32,000 nucleotides of DNA from Synechocystis sp. PCC 6803 substr. PCC-P (GTDB taxonomy: Bacteria > Cyanobacteriota > Cyanobacteriia > Cyanobacteriales > Microcystaceae): positions 2,100,001 to 2,132,000 of the forward strand of contig NC_017039.1 of the NCBI RefSeq assembly GCF_000284455.1. The letters are read 5' to 3'. The notes beneath the pieces are model-generated. The model was not told the DNA's origin. It ran no database searches and saw only the letters and a list, made by a program, of their open reading frames with translations. Shown here piece after piece: positions 17,894-26,593 of this stretch. The translations under genes were made by a program, and so were the position numbers. The number at the start of each line of letters is the position of its first letter. Positions within the stretch are counted from its first letter, which is position 1.

Positions 17894-18973
17894 TCACGAT
17901 GCTTTGCCCATGGCCTCTAGCCAGCGATAGTTAGAGGCGATCGCCGCTTTGAAGGTGGGATAAACTTTATATTCCACACCAAACTCTTGGCAAACATCCT
18001 TAATAATATTTTCCAATTGGGGATAGTGAATATGACAAATATTGGGGAAAAGATGGTGGGTAACTTGGTGATTTAAACCGCCACAAAACCAGTTCCAAAA
18101 GGGATTATTGGTGGCAAAATTGGCCGTGGTACGAATTTGGCAAATAGCCCACTCGTCATCAATGGCACCGGATTCACCATCGGGGGTGAGAAATTCAGTT
18201 GATTCCAACACATGGGCCAGCATAAAGATGGTGCAAACCACGATGCCATAGGTCATATAGGTTACCGAAGCACCAATTAATACTTCAGGAATGGAAAAGC
18301 CCAGAGCCAGAGGTAAGCCGAAAACGTAGCCGAGCCATAATAGCTTAATCCCTAGCAAACTAGCTAATTCTAGGGGCTGGAAAGGAGGAATTTTATGGTC
18401 GTGATATTTGCCTTTATTAAGCACTAGGTAGACATCGTAGAGAAACCAATAAAAGGGAATGAAAAGATATAAACCCCAAATATAAAATTGCTGGAAACGA
18501 TAAATACCAACATGTTCTTGTTCAGGACTCATACGTACTGCGCCATCTCCATGGATTTCCACGTCATGGCCAAGAATATTGGTGTAGGTGTGGTGCAAAT
18601 AGTTGTGGCGATAGCGCCAAAGAAAACTAGATAACCCGACAAAATCGTAGGTCATGCCCAGAACCCGGTTGATGTGGGGATTGGAGGAATAGGCATTGTG
18701 GTTGGCATCGTGGCCGACATTGAAGGAAAAGGCCGCCAAGGCGATCGCCAAAACCATACAACCCAGTAGGCGCACCGGAAAAATAACTGGAGCAAAAAGC
18801 ACAAAGGCCCAAGCGGAAAACAACCAGAGCACAATAATCAGGGTTTTCAGATACATGGAGGGATTATCCCTTTGGGTCAGGCCATGCTCGGCAAAGTAGG
18901 CATCCACCCGTTGGTTTAGTACCCGACGAAACCCCCGTTTCTGGGTAAATTTAATTCTTTCCGCTGTTAGCAT
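17894..18973 (-). CDS. desD: Delta(6) fatty acid desaturase
   Basis: 359 aa; histidine boxes HDANHN, HNYLHH, QVTHHLFP; sequence recalled as the Synechocystis delta-6 desaturase. Confidence 0.97.
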   Translation of the reverse strand: MLTAERIKFTQKRGFRRVLNQRVDAYFAEHGLTQRDNPSMYLKTLIIVLWLFSAWAFVLFAPVIFPVRLLGCMVLAIALAAFSFNVGHDANHNAYSSNPHINRVLGMTYDFVGLSSFLWRYRHNYLHHTYTNILGHDVEIHGDGAVRMSPEQEHVGIYRFQQFYIWGLYLFIPFYWFLYDVYLVLNKGKYHDHKIPPFQPLELASLLGIKLLWLGYVFGLPLALGFSIPEVLIGASVTYMTYGIVVCTIFMLAHVLESTEFLTPDGESGAIDDEWAICQIRTTANFATNNPFWNWFCGGLNHQVTHHLFPNICHIHYPQLENIIKDVCQEFGVEYKVYPTFKAAIASNYRWLEAMGKAS

Positions 18974-19467
18974 TTATAAATTTAAATAGATAAAAAACTT
19001 TCACATTATACCGCCATTAACTACAAAAAAACTCCAGCGCCGGGGGAGACTAAAAATTTATTCCAACTGGGAGTCCATTGCTAGAATTTTAGTCTGCCTT
19101 CTACAGTGAGTCATCAAAGCTCTGGCAATATTGGGATAGTCTGTATATGATTTTGCCTAAAAATGGGGGAGTTAGCCGACTTGGAGAAAATACTCTCTAA
19201 AGGCAGCGGAAAAACTCCCTAGAGCAGATGCCTGGGAACCATGGTCACAATATAAAACCGAAGTGAAGCTTTTATTTTATCTGACTTTTTTGCACCGCTG
19301 TTTAGCAGTAAAACTCAGTTATGAATTAAACTTATTTTGCTACTTTTTGAGCTTAATTTCTTTTGGAAGTTATCCTCTGCTGTTGGTTAACTTAAAAATA
19401 CTAAACATAGACAAAGCGTTCTTTCTTGATCACCATTGGGCCGAGTCAAGAGTTCCATCCCCCCATG

Positions 19468-21174
19468 CTAAACCAAAAAAGAGTCCAGAGGATCAGCAGT
19501 GGCACGGGGCGATCGCCAAAGTTGCTCTAGGGCAGTGGCGGGCATGGTTAAATACAACACGTCTCCAGAGTCGAGATGGGTACCCAATAATTCCCAGCTA
19601 TGGATGGTTTTGCCACCCCGTTCTAGATAGAGGGGAACGAAATCAGACTTTTGGGCTGCAATTTTAACCAATTGGTCGGCAAAGGGATGGTTAGGAGTGA
19701 TTAAGGTGGCTAGGGCTACCCACAGCAAATCATCGGTCATGCCGTTGCCCAAAATTTTGCCCCCCAGGGCCGCCGCCGCAAAGGAATAGGTGGCCAATTC
19801 CGCCGGACAAAGCACCGTTTCAAATTCAAATACTTCCTGCAGGGACAGGCTAAACTGGGCATCCTGGCAACGCAACACCACTGGCAGGCTAGGGGCGATC
19901 GCCTTGGCAGTTAGGCCAATTTCCAAGTTAACGGTGTCGTCGCTGGTGGCCACCACAATGGCTTCGGCTCGGTTGATATTGGCGCAGGCCAACGTTCTTT
20001 CTAGGCGGGCATCCTCCACAATTACGGGCACCCCCAGGGAGCGGGCCGTATGCAAGAAACGATTATCTGTATCCTTTTCGATTACCACAATTTCATGGCC
20101 CTGGTGAATTAACTCTTCAATAATGGCCATGCTCACTCCCCCCAGCCCACAAATGATGATGTGATGGCGATCGGGTAACTTGGCCGCATCCAAAAACTGA
20201 CTAAAGCGACTGCCAAGGATGAAATCATTCAGTAGGGCATAACAAATACCAATCACCCCCGCCCCGGCGATCATCATCACCACTGTGAATACTTTGATGA
20301 TATCGGGGGACTTTTCGGCCACCTCTTCCTTGCCACCGGCCCCGGTAATCATGCCCACGGAAAAATACAACGCGTCCACTGGGGCAATATGTTGATCAAT
20401 GGAAACGTAGATGAAGGTGGCCAGAAAAATCATCAACAATAAAAACAACACCACCCATATCACCTGTTGGACATACCGCTGATACTCCCGCAGGTTGGTA
20501 ATCAGTTTGGAAAATTTGCGCCAAGGCGATCGCCGTTTGGTCTTGGGTTGGGGTTTTTGTCCCACTATTAAATGGTCCCCAGATTGCAACGTTAAATTAT
20601 TCACCACTGCGCCTACTAAATCCGTTTCACTGTGGGCCGGTAGGTAATAGATCAACATTCGGCTCGGATCATCCCATAAATCCGCCAGGGGTAAATTGAG
20701 CCAGGGATGGTCTTGGTGAATGACAATTTCCTGAATGGGCCAAGTCTGGTCAAACAAACGCAATTGCCCGATCGCCTGATTGCCCAAAGCCGCAAAGGAA
20801 AAAATCGGGGCCGCCAGGGCGGAAACACTCAAACTAACGTGGTCTGGCAAGGTGGTGTCTAAACGTTTACCCAGGGCATGGTTGAACAAACGATTAACAA
20901 TGCGAATGCGGGGATTCAGAATACGGGCCTGGGTCAGAATGGCCAAATTCAAGGCATCGTCACTGGTGGCTAGCACCAAAGTTTGGGCAGTGTGGATAGC
21001 GGCCCTAGTCAGAGTAGCAGTGGAATTCAGTTGCCCCACCACAATATTGCTGGGATTTTCCCCTGGCACGGGGCGATCGGAAACGCCAATCACTTCCGCT
21101 CCCTGTTGTTTAAGCAGGCTAAAAATTCGATAACCCGTTTGCCCCAAACCACAAACGATGATGTGCGGTTTCAT
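19468..21174 (-). CDS. Potassium channel/TrkA-like protein: RCK - two-TM pore - RCK
   Basis: 568 aa; N-terminal Rossmann IIVCGLGQTGYRIFSLLKQQGAEVIGV; central VVLFLLLMIFLATFIYVSI...DALYFSVGMITGAGGKEEV...VFTVVMMIAGAGVIGICYALLNDFIL; second Rossmann IIICGLGGVSMAIIEELIHQGHEIVVIEKD. Confidence 0.85.
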   Translation of the reverse strand: MKPHIIVCGLGQTGYRIFSLLKQQGAEVIGVSDRPVPGENPSNIVVGQLNSTATLTRAAIHTAQTLVLATSDDALNLAILTQARILNPRIRIVNRLFNHALGKRLDTTLPDHVSLSVSALAAPIFSFAALGNQAIGQLRLFDQTWPIQEIVIHQDHPWLNLPLADLWDDPSRMLIYYLPAHSETDLVGAVVNNLTLQSGDHLIVGQKPQPKTKRRSPWRKFSKLITNLREYQRYVQQVIWVVLFLLLMIFLATFIYVSIDQHIAPVDALYFSVGMITGAGGKEEVAEKSPDIIKVFTVVMMIAGAGVIGICYALLNDFILGSRFSQFLDAAKLPDRHHIIICGLGGVSMAIIEELIHQGHEIVVIEKDTDNRFLHTARSLGVPVIVEDARLERTLACANINRAEAIVVATSDDTVNLEIGLTAKAIAPSLPVVLRCQDAQFSLSLQEVFEFETVLCPAELATYSFAAAALGGKILGNGMTDDLLWVALATLITPNHPFADQLVKIAAQKSDFVPLYLERGGKTIHSWELLGTHLDSGDVLYLTMPATALEQLWRSPRATADPLDSFLV

Positions 21175-21472
21175 AACGTCCTAAAAAAAGGGGAATCTGA
21201 AGGAAAAAAATGTCACCGACGGTAAGCCTTATCCCAGGGCCGCTGGAACTGGTTAAAACTCACCAAACTGCCCTTTGCTAGCCCGGCCATTTCATTGTCT
21301 CCATTCTCTCCAGACAACGCTAGCAAAACTGTCACCGTTCAATCATTTTGCTCAACTCGGCGATCGCCCTAGCCCCAGCATCGTACTGAAATTGATCTGC
21401 CAATCATTGCGGCCAACGTTTAAGATGGGGGCATTGTTTTAGTCCACCATTGTAATTACCAACGGAGGGAAA

Positions 21473-21823
21473 ATGTTACAACTACTTATCGTCTGGATTG
21501 TCACCTCAGTCAGCCTGCTGATCATTGCCCAACTGCCCACAGGGGTAGAAATCTCCAGCTTTAAAAAAGCCCTCATTTCTGCCGTCGTTATCGGTTTACT
21601 CAACGCCCTAGTGCGTCCAGTACTGACGTTTTTCACTTTTCCCCTAATTTTTCTGACCTTTGGCCTGTTTTACACCGTAGTCAACGCCATCATCTTTGCC
21701 CTTGCTGCCGCTTTTGTAGATGGTTTTAGCCTCCGCTGGGGCTTTTGGAGCGCTCTCATTGGCGCCATTCTGCTGGGATTTATCAACTCTCTCCTCTTCC
21801 AATTACTACCCATCAGCAGCTAG
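21473..21823 (+). CDS. Small 4-TM membrane protein, phage holin family (superfamily IV-like)
   Basis: 116 aa; LLNALVRPVLTFFTFPLIFLTFGLFYTVVNAIIFALAAAFVDGFSLRWGFWSALIGAILLGFINSLL, typical of bacterial chromosomal 'phage holin family' proteins. Confidence 0.8.
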   Translation: MLQLLIVWIVTSVSLLIIAQLPTGVEISSFKKALISAVVIGLLNALVRPVLTFFTFPLIFLTFGLFYTVVNAIIFALAAAFVDGFSLRWGFWSALIGAILLGFINSLLFQLLPISS

Positions 21824-21930
21824 TCCACAGTTTGACTTAGCTATGACATTGGCATTTCAAAGTATCTAATTAATGCGGTGGGGTTGATTCTAACTTCACC
21901 GTTTTCATCTGTTCTTGCAAAAATTAAAAA

Positions 21931-22800
21931 TTGTTTGAGGGAAAAATTTTGCAAGTTACCATTAACCAAGCTAAATCTATCCTCAATAAAGCTACTGGTT
22001 TTATTCAGGACTACGATTTCACCCTCAATCCCTATCGTGGTTGTCAGTTCGGTTGTGACTATTGTTATGCTTCGGCCTTTAGTCCCAACTCTCAACTAAG
22101 GGCTAATTGGGGAGATTGGGTAATGGTAAAAGAAAATTCAGCAGAATTATTGGTGAGTGAACTAGAGAGAATTAGTAAAAAATATGACCGTCCGATTCGG
22201 ATCTATATGAGCAGTGTGACCGATCCCTATCAACCAATTGAAAAAGAAGTACAAATAACAAGAAAAATTCTCGAAGTATTAGTTAAATATCAACCCATAC
22301 TAGTCTTACAAACCCGTAGTCCCATGGTTGTGAGAGATATTGATCTTTTAGGTCAATTTCACAAGCTGAGAATTAATATTAGTATTCCCACCGCTAGCGA
22401 AAAGGTGAGAAAAGATTTTGAAAGTCGCTCTCCCAGTGTTAAAGCTCGCTTACAAACAGTGGAAAAACTCAGACATCAACTTCCTTCTGATGACAGTTAT
22501 CAAATTAAATTTGCCATTACCATGACCCCCCTGTTACCGTCCTATGATGAAGATTTACCCCAGTTTATTGAACAATTAGCCACAGTTGACAGGATAGTTA
22601 TACAGCCATTTCACAGCAGTAAAAATCAATCTTTAAAAGCTTCCACTCCAGCCAAAGCTATAGAATTAAAAGAAAAATATCAATGGTGGTATGTAGATGA
22701 AGATAAGAATTATCATAATCTATTCAAAAAATTAGAGTTACTCAATCAATACTATGGTGTAGAAATTTTTGAAGGCAGAGAAGGTTTTGGCTATGATTAA
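21931..22800 (+). CDS. SPL-like radical SAM protein
   Basis: NPYRGCQFGCDYCYA gives the CxxxCxxC iron-sulfur motif; IYMSSVTDPYQPIEK...TRKILEVL...LQTRSPMVVRDIDLL is typical of SplB-like radical SAM proteins. The first codon is TTG; another TTG at 21949 sits better after GAGG at 21937-21940. Confidence 0.85.
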   Translation: MFEGKILQVTINQAKSILNKATGFIQDYDFTLNPYRGCQFGCDYCYASAFSPNSQLRANWGDWVMVKENSAELLVSELERISKKYDRPIRIYMSSVTDPYQPIEKEVQITRKILEVLVKYQPILVLQTRSPMVVRDIDLLGQFHKLRINISIPTASEKVRKDFESRSPSVKARLQTVEKLRHQLPSDDSYQIKFAITMTPLLPSYDEDLPQFIEQLATVDRIVIQPFHSSKNQSLKASTPAKAIELKEKYQWWYVDEDKNYHNLFKKLELLNQYYGVEIFEGREGFGYD

Positions 22801-24073
22801 TCCGATCAAGGCTGTCAAAGGCTTATGGCAGTTAAAAATCATAAAATCTGAAATTGCTCGCGGCAATACCAAACTAGCCCAACACTTAATTTTAGCCAGA
22901 AAAAAGCAAGGTTATAGGCTAACTCTTTTAGAAAAGTTATTTCTAGAAAATCAAAACTATCAAGCAAAAGTCCGGCAAGCTACTGACTATATATTTCAAC
23001 AAAGCTCATCAGTAATTCAGCAAAAATTTCCGATAAAAAAACAGCTAATACAGCAAGTCAGCCAATCTTTTCGCTTAATTGACCATGACGGTTACAAAAT
23101 CGAATGTACGGGTATTAAAACTTCAATATTTGCAAAATTAGAAACTGAGTTAGTTCATTTTCTGGAAAAAATCATTGCCGATAGTGGATTAAATGATAAT
23201 GAAGCCAAGAAAAAAATAGACGAAGCCCATCGAGATTTAAATGGGTTGAAAAAGGGACTAGATCCAACCTATGACAAAGCCTTTAGCCCCCATGTGTACT
23301 TAATAAAATATTTTTTGGACAATGTTTATTGTAGCTATCTCGCCTATTTTTTTATTTATCAAGCTGGATATCTTCCCAAAAATATTACGATTCTTGATAT
23401 TGCCGCCGGCCCAGCTACAATGCTATTCGGTTTATCTTTATTTCTAGAATCTTTAGCTCAACATCAAGAAATTAGTGATTTTAATTGCTCTTATTATTCT
23501 CTAGAAAAGGAACGTAATTTACAATACCGAGGCCTACAATTTTGGCGACAGTACATTAACGAACTTAAATTCCCGCCCAATATTTTTTATCAATTCAATA
23601 CAGTCAATATTTTTGATTATGACAACTATCGCCATAAACTACCGAAGGAATTTTTTAATTTGATTATTATTGCCCATTGTTTTTTCTACCAAGGGGAAGA
23701 TAGAAGTAAATCTTTGGATATTTATCGATCAATTTTCAAGCAATGTTTAGAACCGGATGGAAAAGTTCTATTGGTTATCCAAGGCAATAAATTTTATAAG
23801 ATGTTTGACACTTATCCTGATGAAAATTTAGCGAAGGAGAGAGATTTAATCAAATCATTTTTAGATTGCCTCGGTTTGCGATTGATCCTTTATAAATATT
23901 TTACTTCAACTGGCAAAAGAACCAATAACAAGGAAGACTTCAAGCAATTTATCCAAGGGGATCTGCCGGAGCGTCCCCAAATTTCCAAACTGCAAGAAAA
24001 GTACTTCGGTTATTCTTCCATGAGTAAATATATTATTGATGACTTTGTTATCTATGCAGAGAAACAAGTTTAA
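22769..24073 (+). CDS. SAM-dependent methyltransferase-like protein
   Basis: 434 aa; Rossmann motif ITILDIAAGPATMLFGLSLFLESL and later FNLIIIAHCFFYQGEDRSKSLDIYRSIFKQCLEPDGKVLLVIQG. Overlaps the upstream radical SAM gene by 32 nt. Confidence 0.65.
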   Translation: MKAEKVLAMINPIKAVKGLWQLKIIKSEIARGNTKLAQHLILARKKQGYRLTLLEKLFLENQNYQAKVRQATDYIFQQSSSVIQQKFPIKKQLIQQVSQSFRLIDHDGYKIECTGIKTSIFAKLETELVHFLEKIIADSGLNDNEAKKKIDEAHRDLNGLKKGLDPTYDKAFSPHVYLIKYFLDNVYCSYLAYFFIYQAGYLPKNITILDIAAGPATMLFGLSLFLESLAQHQEISDFNCSYYSLEKERNLQYRGLQFWRQYINELKFPPNIFYQFNTVNIFDYDNYRHKLPKEFFNLIIIAHCFFYQGEDRSKSLDIYRSIFKQCLEPDGKVLLVIQGNKFYKMFDTYPDENLAKERDLIKSFLDCLGLRLILYKYFTSTGKRTNNKEDFKQFIQGDLPERPQISKLQEKYFGYSSMSKYIIDDFVIYAEKQV

Positions 24074-25416
24074 TTATCTGTTTCAGACTCTTCCTCCGTT
24101 GTAGAAGAATCCTCCGGCAGTTGATTGACTAATACTTTATCAATACGGATACCGTCCATATCCACCACTTCTACTCGGAGAGTATCGGAAACAAAATAAT
24201 CACCGGATTGAGGAATTTTGCCCAAGCTTTCGATCACAAAGCCGCCGAGGGTATGGTAGTGGCCTTCCTCTTCGTTGGAGAGGGTTTCAATGTCAAAAAT
24301 TTCCTTAAATTCATCAATGGGCAGTAAGCCATCGAGCAGGTAGGAACCGTCTTCCCGTTGAATGATTTGGGGCTCTTGAATTTCGTCGTCATTGGGGATA
24401 CTTCCCACGATCGCCTCGATGAGGTCGTTTAGGGTGACTAGGCCTTCAATGCCACCATATTCATCCGTAATTAGGGCCAGGTGGGTACCGGAAGCCCGGA
24501 ACATTTCCAACACATGGAGAGAGCGGGTATTTTCCGCCACAAATAGGGGCGGCTGAACAATTTCCTCCAGGTTGATTTTTTGTCCTGACCACTGGCTATT
24601 GAGAATGTCTTTGACCCGGACAAAACCTAGGCACTCGTCCAGACTATCCCTACCCACGGGAAAACGGGAATAGGGTGTGTCCAGAATTTCCTGTTGGTTT
24701 TCTTCCCAGTCCGACTCCACATCCAACCAGGCGATCGCCGTGCGGGGAGTCATCAAAGTTTTAACGGGGCGGTCCCCCAAGCGAAAAACCCGTTCCACCA
24801 TTTCCTGCTCTGCTTCATCAATCATGCCGGCCTGGGCCCCCTGCTCGATCATGACCCGGATTTCCTCTTCCGTGATCGGGCTAGCTTCCTTACTGGTAAT
24901 ACCAAATAGCCGTAGTACTGCATCGGTGGAGACCCCCAAAAGATAAACTAGGGGCGCTGTCAACTGGGCTACTAAATGCATCGCCGGGGCCACTCCACAG
25001 GCAATGTGTTCCGGATGGCTGAGGGCAATGCGCTTAGGCACCAACTCCCCCACCACCAGGGATAAATAGGTAATGAACCCCACCAACAGAGAAATGCTCA
25101 GGGGGCCGGCATAGGGGGCTAAGAGGGGAATATCGTCCAAAAACTCCGCCAGACGCAGGGCCACCGTTGCTCCCCCCACCGCACCGGTTAAAATGCCAAT
25201 CAGAGTAATGCCAATCTGCACCGCCGACAGAAAATTATTGGGGGCTGTGGCCAGCTTCAGTGCCAGCTTTGCTTTGCGATTACCCCGCTTTGCCAACTGT
25301 TCCAAACGAACTTTACGAGCTGAGACTATGGCAATTTCCGAGCCAGAAAAAATTCCATTTAACACCACCAAAACGAAGATGAAAAAAAGTTCCAGCTCAA
25401 CAGAAGAGGAAAACAT
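24070..25416 (-). CDS. CNNM/CorC-HlyC family protein (DUF21 TM domain, CBS pair, CorC_HlyC domain)
   Basis: 448 aa; GIFSGSEIAIVSARKVRLEQLAKRG, RTAIAWLDVESDW..., TDEYGGIEGLVTLNDLIEAIVG, YLLDGLLPIDEFKEIF. Confidence 0.92.
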   Translation of the reverse strand: MFSSSVELELFFIFVLVVLNGIFSGSEIAIVSARKVRLEQLAKRGNRKAKLALKLATAPNNFLSAVQIGITLIGILTGAVGGATVALRLAEFLDDIPLLAPYAGPLSISLLVGFITYLSLVVGELVPKRIALSHPEHIACGVAPAMHLVAQLTAPLVYLLGVSTDAVLRLFGITSKEASPITEEEIRVMIEQGAQAGMIDEAEQEMVERVFRLGDRPVKTLMTPRTAIAWLDVESDWEENQQEILDTPYSRFPVGRDSLDECLGFVRVKDILNSQWSGQKINLEEIVQPPLFVAENTRSLHVLEMFRASGTHLALITDEYGGIEGLVTLNDLIEAIVGSIPNDDEIQEPQIIQREDGSYLLDGLLPIDEFKEIFDIETLSNEEEGHYHTLGGFVIESLGKIPQSGDYFVSDTLRVEVVDMDGIRIDKVLVNQLPEDSSTTEEESETDN

Positions 25417-25705
25417 TCAATTTTTAGGGATAGAAATCCGGTAGGCCGGGGATAAATTTAGTGGGGAGTGGCTGACGACAAACATCAATCATAGAAGAAA
25501 ACATCCCGACTGTCTGTGCTCCTGAGTCAGTTTGTGCCCGGGGGAGAGTTCGGAATCCTTGACCCCATTGGGAAAGCCCTGGTGCCATGGCTATCTGCGG
25601 CGATTGAGCTGGGCCCCTGAAAATTTACGACCCTAAAAATTCTGGCCCCAAAAAATAGGTTAGAATGATAAACGCGAAATTTTTCCCAGTCTATTTTTAT
25701 TTAGT

Positions 25706-25954
25706 ATGATTAAACTCCGTCTAAAACGCTTTGGTAAGAAACGTGAAGTTAGCTATCGGATCGTTGCCATGCACAGCACCACCCGCCGGGATGGTCGCCC
25801 CTTGGAAGAATTAGGATTCTATAATCCCCGCACCGATGAAACTCGCCTTGATGTACCGGCGATCGTCAAAAGATTAAAAGAAGGTGCCCAACCCACCGAC
25901 ACCGTCCGCTCCATTTTGACCAAAGCCCAGGTTTTCGAACAGCTAAAAGCTTAG
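25706..25954 (+). CDS. rpsP: 30S ribosomal protein S16
   Basis: 82 aa; [45 protein letters not shown]. Confidence 0.98.
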   Translation: MIKLRLKRFGKKREVSYRIVAMHSTTRRDGRPLEELGFYNPRTDETRLDVPAIVKRLKEGAQPTDTVRSILTKAQVFEQLKA

Positions 25955-25994
25955 TGCCGGTTTTTTCCGTGGTGTTTACCAACGTCTGCCCCCT

Positions 25995-26351
25995 GTGACT
26001 ACCCTAAACTACGTTGAATTGGTCAAGTTTCTTGTCCGTCCCTTTTTGGAAAAGCCCGATGATCTGAAGGTGGACTGTGAGGTGTTTCGACAAAATAGCC
26101 GGGTTTGGATTCGGTTAGCCCTAGGGGACGAAGACCGGGAAAGGCTCCTTAGCCGGGGAGGGAGGAGTTTGCAAACCATTCGCACCCTACTTACCACCGC
26201 CGCTGACCAGATGGAACAGTCAGCCTTCCTAGAGATATACCTCACCGATTCCGTTGGGAAATCGACCCCCCTACGCCGTCGTCGCTCCTCTGCTGGCCCC
26301 GCCCCTGTCCGTCGTTCCCGCAGTCGGGGAGAGTCCGTTAATCGCTACTAG
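25995..26351 (+). CDS. KH-domain RNA-binding protein (KhpA-like), GTG start
   Basis: 118 aa; YVELVKFLVRPFLEKPDDLKVDCE...LALGDEDRERLLSRGGRSLQTIRTLL with a basic RRRRSS tail, directly 3' of rpsP as in many bacteria. Confidence 0.85.
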   Translation: MTTLNYVELVKFLVRPFLEKPDDLKVDCEVFRQNSRVWIRLALGDEDRERLLSRGGRSLQTIRTLLTTAADQMEQSAFLEIYLTDSVGKSTPLRRRRSSAGPAPVRRSRSRGESVNRY

Positions 26352-26420
26352 GGGCAACGGTTTTCTCAGACAACATAACTTGGAAAGTTTTCTAATTTAT
26401 CTCTGGGTAATGGGGTAGTA

Positions 26421-26434
26421 GTATCTGTTTGTAA
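26421..26434 (+). promoter_or_regulatory. Degenerate NtcA-like site upstream of glnN (GTA-N8-TAA)
   Basis: GTATCTGTTTGTAA has one mismatch to GTA-N8-TAC. No convincing -10 box at the usual spacing was seen. Confidence 0.3.
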
Positions 26435-26463
26435 TATTTCTTCATATTGTGATCCAACGATGT

Positions 26464-26506
26464 CGACCCATTTACGCTTCCCCTTGGGAGGCAAAGAAAT
26501 GGGTCG
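26464..26506 (+). repeat. Perfect 10-bp inverted repeat in the glnN upstream region
   Basis: CGACCCATTT (26464-26473) ... AAATGGGTCG (26497-26506), 23-nt interior. Confidence 0.85.
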
Positions 26507-26593
26507 TTGTTTTTGTATCTATATTGTCTATTTTAAAAAATCATCTTGCGTATGATTGGGGGGTTTGTAAATTCTGAAATAGAGATTTAGTCC

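Noticed and set aside
19263-19667. 134-aa plus-strand ORF between desD and the channel gene
   Set aside because: About half overlaps the channel gene antisense. The sequence shows no recognisable domain or conserved composition, so it is not supported without translation data.
21473-21823. Possible prophage signal from the holin-like protein
   Set aside because: No other phage genes nearby. This holin-family protein is common in bacterial chromosomes outside prophages.
21841-22095. 84-aa minus-strand ORF overlapping the start of the radical SAM gene
   Set aside because: It lies across the conserved radical SAM cysteine motif on the other strand. Coding is far better supported on the plus strand.
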